From: Terrimicrobiaceae bacterium
GTDB taxonomy: Bacteria > Verrucomicrobiota > Verrucomicrobiia > Chthoniobacterales > Terrimicrobiaceae
Assembly: GCA_044342325.1 (NCBI GenBank)
Contig: JBIIPZ010000012.1
Coordinates: forward strand, 1-64,000
Reading direction: 5' to 3'
Length of the DNA: 64,000 nucleotides
In this document: piece after piece, positions 7,761-16,272 of the stretch
Layout: every line of letters begins with the position of its first letter
Position numbering within the stretch: position 1 is the stretch's first letter
Notes under the pieces: model-generated
Told to the model about the DNA's origin: nothing
The model's input: the letters and a program-made list of their open reading frames with translations, nothing else
Databases searched by the model: none
Program-made: the position numbers and the translations under genes

Positions 7761-7788
7761 CTATCGGCAGACAATTGATGGGGCTTTA
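7761..7788 (-). promoter_or_regulatory. Sigma28 (FliA/SigD)-type promoter
   Basis: Minus strand TAAA-N16-GCCGATAG, ~100 nt upstream of the first flagellin ATG; known consensus TAAA-N15/16-GCCGATAA. Confidence 0.85.
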
Positions 7789-7901
7789 GAAAAAATTTAA
7801 AAAAATTTTCTCTATGTCCGCAGAGCCTCTCTGGGATTGGGTCTGCGGACGGACGAGCCGCAGGAAAAACGAGGTGTCAGAATCGAGAAGGAGAAAAAAT
7901 C

Positions 7902-9101
7902 TCAGAGCTTGTGGCCCATTTTTTTCTTTTTGGTCTCGAGATAGCGGGCGTTGTGAGGGTTTGCGACGGAGCGGATGGGGAGCTGCTCGACGATTTGGAG
8001 GTCGTAGGCCTCGAGGCCGACGACTTTGCGGGGGTTATTGGTGAGGAGGCGGATTTTGTGGATGCCGAGGTCAGCGAGGATTTGCGCGCCGAGGCCGTAG
8101 TCGCGGAGGTCCATGGGGAAACCAAGGCGCTCGTTGGCTTCGACGGTGTCGAGGCCCTGCTCCTGCAATTTGTAGGCGCGGATTTTGGGTCCGAGGCCGA
8201 TGCCACGGCCTTCCTGGCGCATGTAGAGGAGAACTCCGGCGCCTTCTTTTTCGATGCGCTGCATGGCCTGGTGGAGCTGGGATCCGCAGTCGCAGCGGCG
8301 AGAGGCGAAGACATCGCCCGTGAGGCATTCGCTGTGAACCCGCACCAGGGCTGGCTTTGCGGCGGAGATTTCGCCTTTGACGAGCGCGATGTGGTGCATG
8401 CCATCAACAAGTGAGCGATAGAGGTGGAGGTTGAAATCCCCATAGTCAGTGGGCATGTGGACCGTTTCTTCGTGCTCGACGAGCTTCTCACCTTTGCGGC
8501 GGTGGGCGATGAGATCTTGGATGGAACACATCTTGAGCCCGTGTTTCTTTTTGAAGCGGACAAGATCCGGCAGGCGGGCCATGGAGCCGTCCTCTTTCAT
8601 GATTTCGCAAATGACTCCGGAGGCATCGAGACCTGCGAGGCGGGCGAGATCGACGGCGGCCTCGGTGTGGCCAGCGCGGCGCAGAACACCGCCAGCCTTG
8701 GCTTGGAGGGGAAATACATGCCCTGGCTGAACAAGGTCGGAGGGTTGTGCCTTGGGGTTGGCGAGCAGACGGATCGTGGCGGCGCGGTCTTTCACGCTGA
8801 TGCCTGTGGTCACGCCCTTGGCGGCATCCACCGAGACGGTGAAATCGGTTTTAAAAAACTCTCGGTTCTGTGCAACCATTCGCTGAAGGCCGAGACTGGC
8901 AGCGCGCTCCTCGGTAACTGGCGCGCAGATGAGCCCACGACCGAACTTTGCCATGAAATTGATAGCAGCGGGAGTGACCTTGGCGGCAGCCATGAGGAGA
9001 TCGCCCTCGTTCTCGCGGTCGGCGTCGTCGGTGACAACCACCATGCGTCCTCGACGGATGTCGGCAATGACTTCGGGAATCGGATCGAATGGTGTTTTCA
9101 T
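7902..9101 (-). CDS. ribBA: Bifunctional DHBP synthase / GTP cyclohydrolase II
   Basis: DDADRENEGD, RRAGHTEA, RVHSECLTGD and CDCG motifs. Confidence 0.97.
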   Translation of the reverse strand: MKTPFDPIPEVIADIRRGRMVVVTDDADRENEGDLLMAAAKVTPAAINFMAKFGRGLICAPVTEERAASLGLQRMVAQNREFFKTDFTVSVDAAKGVTTGISVKDRAATIRLLANPKAQPSDLVQPGHVFPLQAKAGGVLRRAGHTEAAVDLARLAGLDASGVICEIMKEDGSMARLPDLVRFKKKHGLKMCSIQDLIAHRRKGEKLVEHEETVHMPTDYGDFNLHLYRSLVDGMHHIALVKGEISAAKPALVRVHSECLTGDVFASRRCDCGSQLHQAMQRIEKEGAGVLLYMRQEGRGIGLGPKIRAYKLQEQGLDTVEANERLGFPMDLRDYGLGAQILADLGIHKIRLLTNNPRKVVGLEAYDLQIVEQLPIRSVANPHNARYLETKKKKMGHKL

Positions 9102-9140
9102 GTGTGAAATCGATAGCACAAGGCTCTCGAGCGGGGAAGA

Positions 9141-9590
9141 TCAGCGCGCTTCAGAGAGGACAAGTTTCAGAATTTTCTGCTGGGTTACGGCCATTTTTTT
9201 GGCATCCGGCTCCGAGATGTCATCGAAGCCGGAGAGGTGCAGGAGACCGTGGATGATGTAGAGGGCGAGTTCCTGGGTTGTGCTGTGGCCAAACTCTGGA
9301 GCGCGGGCTGCGGCGACCGAGGCGCAGACCAAAATCTCGCCGTAGGGAAAAGTGATGACATCCGTTGCGCCGCGAATGTCCAGAAAGTCGCGGTGCACTT
9401 TCGCCATGGCGCGGGAGCCCAGAATGCTGATCTCGACACCCGACAGAGCAGCCAGCTCAGCGTTGTTTTTTTTTGCGAGAGTGAGGCAGTGGGGAATGGC
9501 TGCCTCTGCCAGGCACTCCAGAAGCTCGCGATCGTAGGCAGTGGAGCGGGCGTTGTGGGATAGAGATGTTTTCAGCAGCGGCGACCTCAC
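9141..9590 (-). CDS. ybeY: rRNA maturation RNase YbeY
   Basis: TDVITF and HGLLHLSGFD motifs; lies in the phoH-HD-ybeY operon. Confidence 0.9.
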   Translation of the reverse strand: MRSPLLKTSLSHNARSTAYDRELLECLAEAAIPHCLTLAKKNNAELAALSGVEISILGSRAMAKVHRDFLDIRGATDVITFPYGEILVCASVAAARAPEFGHSTTQELALYIIHGLLHLSGFDDISEPDAKKMAVTQQKILKLVLSEAR

Positions 9591-11167
9591 GCAGCGGATT
9601 TTTGTTCGCGTTTTTCCGGTGTGGAGCGTTCCTCGCGTTTCGGGTAGGCGATGCGAGCGTGGAGCATGTTGACGAGCGAGAAGCGGAAGCTGTCGGCGAT
9701 TTTCCAGATCTCGGCGATGGTCAGAGGAGCCTCGTCGAGTTGTCCCTCATCGAGTCGCGCTTTGATGATATTGCGGATGAGATCGTCGATGCGTTGTGGC
9801 GTGGGGCGGTCGAGACTGCGCGAGGCGCTTTCGATCGAGTCGGCGAGGCTCACGATGGCGGCCTCCTTCGTCTGCGGGCGGGGTCCGGGGTAGCGGAAAC
9901 TCTCCTCGCTCACCTCGGGAATATCCTCCTCGCGCATGTTCATGATTTTTCCGCCAAGGCGAGCATCCTCCTGTTGCTGCAGGGCACGCTGGTAGAAATA
10001 CGAAACCATGGAGGTGCCGTGATGCTGGCTGATGACATCGATGATCTCGGCGTTGAGCTTGTTTTTGAGGGCCAGATCCACGCCCTCCTTCACATGGGAG
10101 ATGATAATGAGAGCACTCATCGTCGGAGTGAGGTCGTCGTGGGGATTCAAGCCGTGGGGGATGTTTTCGGTGAAGTAGTGAGGTTTTACGACCTTGCCGA
10201 TGTCGTGGAAATACGAGGCGACGCGGCAGATTGTGGGGTTCGCTCCGACGACTTCTGCGGCGGCTTCCGAGAGGTTCGCGACGGCCAGGCTGTGATGGTA
10301 GGTGCCCGGTGCCTCAAGGCTGAGACGCTTGAGGAGCGGGTGGTTCAGGTCGCTCATCTCCAACCACGAGATGTCGGTGGTGATTTTGAAAACATGCTCG
10401 AGCATTGGCAGGATGCCGCTGACGACGATGGCTGTGGCAATGCCGGTGGCAAAGGCCGCCAAGCTCTGCCATCCAATCATGGCCCAGTCGGTCTGTGAGG
10501 GCACTTCCCAAATTACTGGGCCGATCTGGCCAAACGCGGCGGCGAGAATCCAAGTGGCGAGCCCCACATAGACACCGGCCCGCACGAGGCGACTGCGGCG
10601 ACGGACTTGCAGCGTCACAAAAACACCGATGAAACCGGTGATCAGCGAAATCACCAAAAACACCGGGTCGATGCGGCCGACAAGGAGCGAGCCCCAGAGG
10701 CTGGAAAAAACGGCGGCGTAGAGCCCGTGATTCCGCCCTAGGAGCACGGAGAGCACAAGAGGTGCGAAGGCGTAGGGAATCAGAAGCGGAGCGAGTTGGA
10801 GGTCGAGTGATCCTGCAGCGGCCTGACTGAGGAGGATTTTGATGACAGCCAACTGCGCGAGTAATGTTCCCAACACGAGGCAGAGGAGGGAATTTTGCCG
10901 AAATGTCTGGGGATGGTTGATCCAGAGTTGCGCAACAGCCGTGGCAAAAATGAGCAGGCAGAGCAGGAACTTTTTGGCGGGTTCATCCTGCTGGCCAGTG
11001 AAAATGAGCGCCGCGAGGCCGAAGATGAAAGCGGCGAGCAGAACGGCACGGATCGGCCAGCCATTTTGAAGGGCAGAGAGAAAATTGCTCTCCTCGACCT
11101 GACGACGCCGCTTGCTGGAGGAAAGCCCCTTCCAGACGAGTCGCCAGCGTTTGAAGATTCCGAACAT
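9587..11167 (-). CDS. 7TM-HD membrane phosphohydrolase (YqfF/PgpH family)
   Basis: Multiple TM segments, then APGTYHHS, FHDIGK, HHGT and LADSIE. Confidence 0.92.
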   Translation of the reverse strand: MFGIFKRWRLVWKGLSSSKRRRQVEESNFLSALQNGWPIRAVLLAAFIFGLAALIFTGQQDEPAKKFLLCLLIFATAVAQLWINHPQTFRQNSLLCLVLGTLLAQLAVIKILLSQAAAGSLDLQLAPLLIPYAFAPLVLSVLLGRNHGLYAAVFSSLWGSLLVGRIDPVFLVISLITGFIGVFVTLQVRRRSRLVRAGVYVGLATWILAAAFGQIGPVIWEVPSQTDWAMIGWQSLAAFATGIATAIVVSGILPMLEHVFKITTDISWLEMSDLNHPLLKRLSLEAPGTYHHSLAVANLSEAAAEVVGANPTICRVASYFHDIGKVVKPHYFTENIPHGLNPHDDLTPTMSALIIISHVKEGVDLALKNKLNAEIIDVISQHHGTSMVSYFYQRALQQQEDARLGGKIMNMREEDIPEVSEESFRYPGPRPQTKEAAIVSLADSIESASRSLDRPTPQRIDDLIRNIIKARLDEGQLDEAPLTIAEIWKIADSFRFSLVNMLHARIAYPKREERSTPEKREQKSAA

Positions 11168-11168
11168 T

Positions 11169-12140
11169 TTAGATTCTGCTTTCCCGTGAGCCCCGGTGGT
11201 TTTTGTAGGCCAGGATCACGGCCTGGACGAGTGGATGCCGCACGACATCCTTCTCGGTGAAAAAGTGCATTCCTATGCCATCGACATCCCTGAGTGCGGC
11301 GACGGCTTCTACAAGGCCGCTGAGCTTGTTTCGTGGAAGATCAATCTGTGTGACATCTCCCGTCACCACGCAGCGAGAGCCAAGGCCGAGGCGGGTAAGG
11401 AACATGAGCATCTGCTCGGCGGTGGTGTTTTGAGCTTCGTCGAGGATGACAAAAGACCCGCTCAAGGTGCGTCCGCGCATGTAGGCGAGCGGAGCGATTT
11501 CGATGATGTTTTTATCCATGAGCTTCTGCAGCTCATCCGGCTCCAGAAGGTCGTGCAGCGCATCGTAGAGAGGACGCAGATAGGGAAGAATTTTTTCCTG
11601 CAGGTCACCGGGCAGGAAACCCAGAGCCTCGCCTGCTTCGACGGCTGGCCTGGTGAGAATGAGTCGTTTCACTTTTTCCTGCTTGAGAGCGGCTACGGCG
11701 GATGCCACAGCAAGGTAGGTTTTTCCGGTTCCTGCTGGGCCGACGCCGAAAGTGATGTCGTGGGACTGGATCGCCTGAACATAGGTTTTTTGTCCAGCGG
11801 TGCGAGGGACGACCGGGGGCTTGCGTGGGGAGCACTGGATACGGATATCAATGAGGCTGGCGAGGGATTCTGCAGAGCCTGGCCCCTTTGAAGCCTCCAA
11901 AGCGTGCTCGAATTCTTGGCGATGGATGGTGATGCCCCGCTTGACGGCGGCATGGAGTTGCTCGAGGGCATCGCGCGCACGCTCGACTGCAACCTTTTCG
12001 CCCTCCACGCGAATCCATCCATCGCGCGCGGTGATGCGGACTTCGAGGCGATGTTCCAACTCGTGGAGCAGCTTGGGGTCGCCTCCGTAAACGGCCTGCG
12101 CGGTGCGGGCGTTCTCGAATTCCAGCGTGAGGGTTTCCAT
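11169..12140 (-). CDS. phoH: PhoH family ATPase
   Basis: GPAGTGKT, RPAVEAGE and DEAQN motifs. Confidence 0.96.
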   Translation of the reverse strand: METLTLEFENARTAQAVYGGDPKLLHELEHRLEVRITARDGWIRVEGEKVAVERARDALEQLHAAVKRGITIHRQEFEHALEASKGPGSAESLASLIDIRIQCSPRKPPVVPRTAGQKTYVQAIQSHDITFGVGPAGTGKTYLAVASAVAALKQEKVKRLILTRPAVEAGEALGFLPGDLQEKILPYLRPLYDALHDLLEPDELQKLMDKNIIEIAPLAYMRGRTLSGSFVILDEAQNTTAEQMLMFLTRLGLGSRCVVTGDVTQIDLPRNKLSGLVEAVAALRDVDGIGMHFFTEKDVVRHPLVQAVILAYKNHRGSRESRI

Positions 12141-12146
12141 CGAGAA

Positions 12147-12569
12147 CTACTTGTAGGCGTAAACCAACGCCCAGCCCGTGCGCTCTTCAGGAGATTTGTG
12201 AACGGTCACGATGGCGTAGTAGGTGCCGGTGCGCGGTGGCTCAACACGCACGGCGGAGAGGCGTCCCGCGCGGGTGGTCTCGACATTGATGAGGTTGCCT
12301 TTGGAGTCGTAGATATTTACTGAGAGCACGGCGCCCTTCACATCAGTGCCAAGGCAGAACCAATACTCATTGCCCTTGAAAAGCTGTGCCTGCACGGCTT
12401 GCTGATCCTTTACACCCAGGTCCCCTCCCCATGCGTCTTCGCGGACGCTGAAGCCCTTCTTCACATAGGGCGATGCGGCCTCGTAGGCGAAGGAAAGGGC
12501 ATCATCCACATAGGCCCACGCTGTGGCGGCCATCAAGAGAGTGAGCAGTAATGAGAGAGCTTTTTTCAC
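12147..12569 (-). CDS. Hypothetical exported protein
   Basis: Signal peptide (VKKALSLLLTLLMAATAWA); in operon; GTG start assumed. Confidence 0.75.
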   Translation of the reverse strand: MKKALSLLLTLLMAATAWAYVDDALSFAYEAASPYVKKGFSVREDAWGGDLGVKDQQAVQAQLFKGNEYWFCLGTDVKGAVLSVNIYDSKGNLINVETTRAGRLSAVRVEPPRTGTYYAIVTVHKSPEERTGWALVYAYK

Positions 12570-12576
12570 GGTGGTC

Positions 12577-13392
12577 TCAGGCTCCCTTGGAGGCAATGGC
12601 TGCGACGGTATCGCGCGTCATCTTGTGAATACGGGTGACATTCTCGGAGGGAATGGCATCACCCTCGCCGTCTCCGATCAAAGGCGCGATAGCAGCGAGG
12701 AGCTTGCGGATACGATCCACGAGATCGTCCTCGGCGAGGCGTTTGTTCGAGAGGTTATCGAGTTTTTTGGTGAAAAAACTCACCAATGCGGGCTGATGAA
12801 GAAGCTCGGCCGAGTCGGTGGTGTAGTTTTTGCGGATGATCGAAGTCAGAACCTCCGTGCCACGAATCCAACCGCCCACGCTCACGAGCTGGGCGAGGTC
12901 GTCGTCACCGAGTTCCAGCATAGCGTCCTTCACATCGCTGAGTGCTCCGTCGAATTCCTTGCGGACGGCGAGCCAATCCTTCACCTCCGCCTTGTCAGTG
13001 ATGCTTTTGCTTCGCTCGAGAACGGCTTTTTCGACATTGATAGCCTTGGAGAGTGTCAGCACGCGGCGGCCGATGTCTTTCACCTTCTCGGAATCCTCGG
13101 CTTCCACAGCTACGAAACCCTCAGCGATCACGGTGCCGAGCAGAAGGGCCACTTGAGCACGATTGCCACTCTGCCGCCCCAACGAGTCGCGCAATTCCGA
13201 GCGCCAGTTGGGATTTCCCAGCTTATCGAGGACGATAAAAACCTCACTCGGCACGGGAACCACGACATCGTCAATCGACTGGGCGGGAAATGAGGAGAGG
13301 TCCACCGCCTCGGGTGGCTTCTGCGCGTGAAGCGGGGTGGTGGCAGCGGCAAGAAGACCAGCGGCCAGCACCGCGTTCAGAATGTTCGGCAT
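12577..13392 (-). CDS. Hypothetical exported helical protein
   Basis: Signal peptide ending LHA; typical codon usage; in operon. Confidence 0.78.
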   Translation of the reverse strand: MPNILNAVLAAGLLAAATTPLHAQKPPEAVDLSSFPAQSIDDVVVPVPSEVFIVLDKLGNPNWRSELRDSLGRQSGNRAQVALLLGTVIAEGFVAVEAEDSEKVKDIGRRVLTLSKAINVEKAVLERSKSITDKAEVKDWLAVRKEFDGALSDVKDAMLELGDDDLAQLVSVGGWIRGTEVLTSIIRKNYTTDSAELLHQPALVSFFTKKLDNLSNKRLAEDDLVDRIRKLLAAIAPLIGDGEGDAIPSENVTRIHKMTRDTVAAIASKGA

Positions 13393-13455
13393 TTTCAAAA
13401 TTTCGGCTTTGTTGTGCGTGTGAGGTCGGTTTAGAACTCACACCTACAAATTGGA

Positions 13456-14460
13456 ATGAATCGCGATAGATTACAACATCTTCTTACGGCCGCCTCCTCG
13501 CGCAAGCTCCTCGTCGTGGGCGATGTGATGCTCGACGAATTCGTATGGGGACGCGTTTCCCGCATCTCACCGGAGGCCCCGGTGCCGGTGGTGGAGGTGG
13601 AAAAGGAAACCTCCTATCCCGGTGGCGCAGCGAATGTGGCCCGCAATCTGCGCCCCTTCTGCGCCGGCGTCCACTTGTGCGGGCTCGTCGGAGAGGATGT
13701 CCATGCCGGTCGGCTCCGGGAGTTGCTTGCGGAGGAGTTGATATCCACCGACGCCCTCGTGGCCGATGCCGGCCGCTCGACTATCGTTAAAACCCGCATC
13801 GTCGCCCGCCAGCAGCAGGTCGTGAGGGTGGACCGCGAGCGCCGCGCGAAGGTCTCCACCGAAGTGCTCGAACGCTCATGCGCCGCCATCGCCGACATCC
13901 TACCGACGGTGGATGCCGTGATTTTCGAAGACTATGGAAAAGGCTTCCTCGGGCAGGCGTTGAAGGACCGCGTCACCGAAATGGCCCGCAGCGCCGGCAA
14001 ATACATCTCAGCCGACCCGAATCCCACCAATCCCCTCGACTGGCAAGGAGTGGATCTTCTCAAGCCCAACCGCTCCGAAGCCTTCGCCATGGCAGGAATC
14101 TCGGATAACGGCGCCGGACCGAATCCCCTCGCCGACGCCCCCCTGCTCGAAGTCGGCGGCATTCTTTTGAAAAAATGGGATCTCCCCGCCTTGCTGGTGA
14201 CCTTGGGTGAACACGGTATGATTTTGTTCCAGCGGGGCGAGGCTCCGTATCACACGCCGACCCGTGCGCGCGAGGTTTTCGATGTCTCTGGCGCAGGCGA
14301 CACGGCGATTGCCCTACACACGCTCGCTGTCTGTGCGGGGGCAACGCCCAGCGAGGCCGCTGAAATTTCCAACCACGCCAGCGGCGTCGTCGTCGCCAAA
14401 CTCGGCACGGCCACCCTCACCGCTGAGGAACTCCTCCACGCCTTTTCCAAAAATGCCTAA
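13456..14460 (+). CDS. D-glycero-beta-D-manno-heptose-7-phosphate kinase (HldE kinase domain / RfaE1)
   Basis: VGDVMLD, RISPEAPVPV and DVSGAGDT motifs. Confidence 0.95.
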   Translation: MNRDRLQHLLTAASSRKLLVVGDVMLDEFVWGRVSRISPEAPVPVVEVEKETSYPGGAANVARNLRPFCAGVHLCGLVGEDVHAGRLRELLAEELISTDALVADAGRSTIVKTRIVARQQQVVRVDRERRAKVSTEVLERSCAAIADILPTVDAVIFEDYGKGFLGQALKDRVTEMARSAGKYISADPNPTNPLDWQGVDLLKPNRSEAFAMAGISDNGAGPNPLADAPLLEVGGILLKKWDLPALLVTLGEHGMILFQRGEAPYHTPTRAREVFDVSGAGDTAIALHTLAVCAGATPSEAAEISNHASGVVVAKLGTATLTAEELLHAFSKNA

Positions 14461-14980
14461 GCGCCGAGCCATCTTCCTCGACCGCGATGGCACACTCATG
14501 GAGGAGGTGAACTACTGCAACGACCCCGCCACCGTGCAGGCCATACCGGGAGCTGGGGAAACACTCGCCCTCCTGCGCGAACAAGGCTGGCTGACCGTCA
14601 TCGTCACCAACCAAAGCGGCCTCGCCAAAGGCTTCATCACTCCCGCTCAATACGAAGCCGTTAATGCTGAGTTGCTCCGCCAACTCGGAGGCGGCATCGA
14701 CGCCATTTACTTCTGCCCAGACCACCCGGACCAACCCACCGAACGCCGGAAACCAAAACCCGGCATGCTCCTCGAAGCCGCCGCAGACCTCGAGATCGAC
14801 CTCTCCGGCAGCTGGATGATCGGCGACAAACCCATCGATGTGGAGTGCGGCCGCGACGCCGGCTGCCGCACCATACTCGTGAGAACCGGCTACGGATCAG
14901 CGCAATCCAATACAAACGCGGACTTTGCGATGAAGGATGTCACAGAAGCCCTGCAACATATCATCGGGCTGGGCGAGTAG
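14453..14980 (+). CDS. gmhB: Heptose-1,7-bisphosphate phosphatase
   Basis: FLDRDGTL, TNQSG, RKPKPGM and IGDK motifs. Confidence 0.94.
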   Translation: MPKRRAIFLDRDGTLMEEVNYCNDPATVQAIPGAGETLALLREQGWLTVIVTNQSGLAKGFITPAQYEAVNAELLRQLGGGIDAIYFCPDHPDQPTERRKPKPGMLLEAAADLEIDLSGSWMIGDKPIDVECGRDAGCRTILVRTGYGSAQSNTNADFAMKDVTEALQHIIGLGE

Positions 14981-15133
14981 GCTGCAATTCATTCGTCAGC
15001 AATCGGAATAGCCTCGTTTAACTCGAGCGTTTCACGCCGCACCTCGGAGGTATAGGCGGCAAGCACATCTTGATAAAACGGTTTGACCTGAGAGGAAGGA
15101 TGTTCCATCTCACTCTCGATTTCACCGTCGATG

Positions 15134-15700
15134 TTATTCCTTTTCAAGGCCCGGCTCGACGAGTTCACAGATGGTGTGGAGGAGGAATTTGTGGGCTTCT
15201 TGGATGCGGGCTGTGACTGTGCCGGCGACATGGATTTCGATGTCGGCGGCGCCTTTGGTGAATCCGCCGCCTTTTCCGAGAAGAACGATGCTTCGCATGC
15301 CGATTCGTTTCGCTTCTTCGATGGCGGAGAGCACATTACGCGACTTGCCGCTCGTGGAAAGCCCGATGAAGACATCCCCCGCTTTGCCAAAAGCGCGAAC
15401 TTGGCGGGCGAAGATGTCTTGGAAGGCGTAGTCGTTGCCGATGGCAGTGAGGAGTCCCCCGTCGGAGCTCAGGGCGATGGCGGGATAGGGGCGGCGGTCG
15501 CCTTGGAAGCGGCAGGTGAATTCGGTGGCGATGTGCCCACTGTCGGCTGCGCTGCCGCCGTTGCCGCAGATGAGAAGTTTACCGCCGGATTTGAGACAGG
15601 CGAGAACGAGATCAGCGGCTTCGGTGATTTTTGGTTCGAGCTGGCGGAGGGATTGGAAGGTCTCCAAGGCGCCGTCGAGGGACTGCGTGAATTGACTCAT
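15134..15700 (-). CDS. gmhA: Phosphoheptose isomerase (SIS domain)
   Basis: CGNGGSAAD, NDY, STSGKS and RIQEAH motifs. Confidence 0.96.
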   Translation of the reverse strand: MSQFTQSLDGALETFQSLRQLEPKITEAADLVLACLKSGGKLLICGNGGSAADSGHIATEFTCRFQGDRRPYPAIALSSDGGLLTAIGNDYAFQDIFARQVRAFGKAGDVFIGLSTSGKSRNVLSAIEEAKRIGMRSIVLLGKGGGFTKGAADIEIHVAGTVTARIQEAHKFLLHTICELVEPGLEKE

Positions 15701-16212
15701 GAAGGGGAAAGCGCCTTCTCAACGGACAACTCAGGGCGCGTCGCAAGCAGCCCGCTGAGAGTCGTCCACCCCTGCGAATCCATGCCGCTGAACAGGTGCA
15801 GATACACAAAAACTGAAGGCGCGGGGTATTTTGAAATCAACAAATCCACAGCCTTCGCGACCTTGTCGGCAGAAGGTTCGGACGGCAAATCATCGATGAG
15901 ACCTTTGCCATTGTGGGCGATATCCAAAGCGTCGAGAAAATCACAGACCATGCGCTCGTTGCAGCCGAGCGTCCAAACTTGGAGAATTTCGAGCGCGAGA
16001 TCGGCATTCGCTGGGCGGGACAAGGATTCCTTGATCCACTGGTTGCGTTCGTCCTTGGGCTTGCGCTCCACAAACACGGCGCGGAGCTTGCGGCGGGTGG
16101 CCAGCATTCCTGCGGCGCTCTTGTAGGCATTGCGGTCGTTTTCGGCGAGCCAGTTCAAGACTTCACCGGCTTGGTTGCCGTTCAAACGGCCAAAAATTTC
16201 TGTCGCGGTCAT
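15697..16212 (-). CDS. Hypothetical protein
   Basis: ORF between glgE and gmhA, overlapping the gmhA start by 4 bp. Confidence 0.75.
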   Translation of the reverse strand: MTATEIFGRLNGNQAGEVLNWLAENDRNAYKSAAGMLATRRKLRAVFVERKPKDERNQWIKESLSRPANADLALEILQVWTLGCNERMVCDFLDALDIAHNGKGLIDDLPSEPSADKVAKAVDLLISKYPAPSVFVYLHLFSGMDSQGWTTLSGLLATRPELSVEKALSPS

Positions 16213-16272
16213 GAGTTTGTTATTTTCGGGGTTCGGGAGCCGGCAAGTCAAGCCATCCCCCGTGTTCAAAAT

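Noticed and set aside
14989..15108. Short ORF downstream of gmhA
   Set aside because: About 39 aa with no recognisable homology.
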